DNA from: a virus
Taxonomy: Duplodnaviria; Caudoviricetes
DNA length: 57,698 bases
Virus record (IMG/VR): IMGVR_UViG_3300020109_001608
Coordinates: 1 to 57,698 of that record
Reading direction: 5' to 3' (one strand)
In this document: piece after piece, positions 56,241-57,698 of the stretch
Layout of the letters: each line of letters opens with the position of its first letter
Position numbering within the stretch: position 1 is the stretch's first letter
Program-made: the position numbers and the translations under genes
Notes under the pieces: model-generated
What the model was told of the DNA's origin: nothing
What the model saw: only the letters and a program-made list of their open reading frames with translations
Databases searched by the model: none

Positions 56241-56551
56241 CTTACAAAGTATCAGTTTCAACCAATAGTTATTCTGTAAAACAGAAAGCAGCAGCAAACT
56301 TTAAAGTATCTGCAATTTTAGGTTCAGGAGCATCAGAAGTGGCTAACCTATCAGACTTATCAGACGTTGATGTATCTGGTCTTCAAGATAACTATGTGTT
56401 AATTTATAATGCAGCAGCAGGTAAATTTGTAGCAGAAAATCCAGATAATGTGCTTTCTAATGCGGTTACTGGTGGATTACCAAACACCATTATAAATGAA
56501 CTAGATACTGCGCTTGATGATAAAATTGATTTGGATGGTGGTGCCTTTTAA
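56237..56551 (+). CDS. Small fibre-associated protein
   Basis: LSDLSDVDVS..VLIYN motif; C-terminal LDGGAF. Confidence 0.65.
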   Translation: MTYKVSVSTNSYSVKQKAAANFKVSAILGSGASEVANLSDLSDVDVSGLQDNYVLIYNAAAGKFVAENPDNVLSNAVTGGLPNTIINELDTALDDKIDLDGGAF

Positions 56552-56553
56552 AA

Positions 56554-56563
56554 TAAATAAATA
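56554..56563 (+). promoter_or_regulatory. Tandem late promoter TAAATAAATA
   Basis: Upstream of ATG 56585. Confidence 0.65.
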
Positions 56564-56584
56564 GTAAAAATAGTGTAAGAAAAG

Positions 56585-57698
56585 ATGGCTGCTCCTGTAT
56601 TACAGTTTAAGAGAGGTCTTCTTGCTAATCTCCCTGGTTTAAGGGCTGGTGAACCTGGATTTACAACCGATAGTTACGACCTTTATGTTGGTATTGATAG
56701 TACCACATCAAATAATAAGTTCTTTGGTTCACATAGATATTGGACGAAAAATACTGCATCTACAGGTAGTGGTGTAAACTTTGTAGAGGGTACAACTAAC
56801 GGTACTGATTTCATTACCTTAAAGGCACCTGATAGTCTTTCAGGTATTACAACCTTTACACTCCCTGGTGCTGATGGTACAGCAAACCAAGCAATTGTAA
56901 CCAACGGTTCTGGAACTTTAAGTTTCGCATCAGTTACAACAAGTGCAGGAACACTCACTGGTGCAGGTGCTGGCGTTACGACTTTCTTGGTTACTCCATC
57001 GTCATCAAACTTAGCTGCTGCAGTGACTGATGAAACTGGTACTGGAGCACTTGTATTCGCTAATACTCCAACACTGGTAACTCCTGTTCTTGGAACTCCT
57101 ACATCAGGTACTCTTACTAACTGTACTGGATTACCTATCTCTACTGGTGTTTCTGGACTTGCTACCGGTGCTGCTACATTCTTAGCGACTCCTTCGTCAT
57201 CAAACTTAGCTGCTGCAGTGACTGATGAAACTGGCACTGGAGCACTTGTATTCGCTAATACTCCTACGTTAGTAACACCTGTTCTTGGAACTCCTACATC
57301 AGGTACTCTTACTAACTGTACTGGATTACCTATCTCTACTGGTGTTTCTGGACTTGGTACTAACATCGCAACATTCCTTGCGACCCCTTCATCAGCAAAC
57401 TTAGCTGCTGCACTGACTGATGAAACTGGTTCGGGTTCCGCAGTATTTGCAAACACACCAACACTGGTAACTCCAGTTTTGGGAAATGCAAGTGCTTCAA
57501 GTCTTAATATCTCTGGTATCACAACTACTGGTACTTTAGTTCTTAACGGAACTCCTGGTATTAGCATTACTGGAATTTCTTCAAGCGCCGCACTTGCAGA
57601 AAACAGCAATGCATATCTACCAACACAAGCAGCAGTTAAGGCATACATTGATGCAATTGATGTAGATGATGATCTTGGAATTGCTGGTGATAGTGGTA
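56585..57698 (+). CDS. Tail fibre protein, runs off the window (Mtd_N/hyaluronidase-N-like start)
   Basis: Manual translation MAAPVLQFKRGLLANLPGLRAGEPGFTTDSYDLYVG...; no stop seen before the window end, so absent from the ORF track. Confidence 0.8.
   Translation, partial: MAAPVLQFKRGLLANLPGLRAGEPGFTTDSYDLYVGIDSTTSNNKFFGSHRYWTKNTASTGSGVNFVEGTTNGTDFITLKAPDSLSGITTFTLPGADGTANQAIVTNGSGTLSFASVTTSAGTLTGAGAGVTTFLVTPSSSNLAAAVTDETGTGALVFANTPTLVTPVLGTPTSGTLTNCTGLPISTGVSGLATGAATFLATPSSSNLAAAVTDETGTGALVFANTPTLVTPVLGTPTSGTLTNCTGLPISTGVSGLGTNIATFLATPSSANLAAALTDETGSGSAVFANTPTLVTPVLGNASASSLNISGITTTGTLVLNGTPGISITGISSSAALAENSNAYLPTQAAVKAYIDAIDVDDDLGIAGDSG
56981..57480 (+). repeat. 195-nt (65 aa) tandem coding repeat, about 2.6 copies
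   Basis: TPSSSNLAAAVTDETGTGALVFANTPTLVTPVLGTPTSGTLTNCTGLPISTGVSGL; anchors at 57002, 57197 and 57392. Confidence 0.9.

Noticed and set aside
56683-57648. 321 aa minus-strand ORF
   Set aside because: Antisense shadow of the + strand repetitive fibre gene starting at 56585
1-57698. Introns, inteins, homing endonucleases, transposases or integrases
   Set aside because: No such motifs or unexplained gaps were seen; coding density is near complete

Overview
This window is a segment of an AT-rich T4-like myovirus genome, most likely a cyanophage: it has CP12, cyanophage-type gp26/gp51/gp5, and TAAATA late promoters. Almost everything is on the + strand. (1) 1-13.2 kb is the baseplate-hub module: gp26, gp51, two tape-measure/hub-like proteins (one carrying SleB-like and M15B peptidoglycan hydrolase domains), a gp27-like hub, CP12 and a split gp5-like set. 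(2) 13.1-14.5 kb is a small sigma70-driven island with short ORFs, two atypical tRNAs and a candidate ~60-nt sRNA. (3) 14.5-26.2 kb encodes large tail-fibre/structural proteins. (4) 26.2-55.9 kb is the most unusual part. Nine genes each end in a 7-bladed RCC1/BLIP-II-like propeller (63 blades in total). The blades are built from near-invariant DNA blocks and hypervariable patches, and identical 66-85 nt patches recur between different genes and blade positions. These genes are interleaved with about 21 modification-enzyme genes: eight 2OG-Fe(II) oxygenases (including P4H-like and lysyl-hydroxylase-like), glycosyltransferases, a sulfotransferase, a methyltransferase and ADP-heptose pathway enzymes. 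(5) 55.9 kb to the end holds small structural genes and a truncated fibre. Main candidates for new biology: recombinational blade shuffling of a propeller adhesin repertoire, a linked hydroxylation/glycosylation toolkit, and a probable -1 ribosomal frameshift fusing gp26 to gp51. All family calls come from reading motifs by eye; no database search was run.
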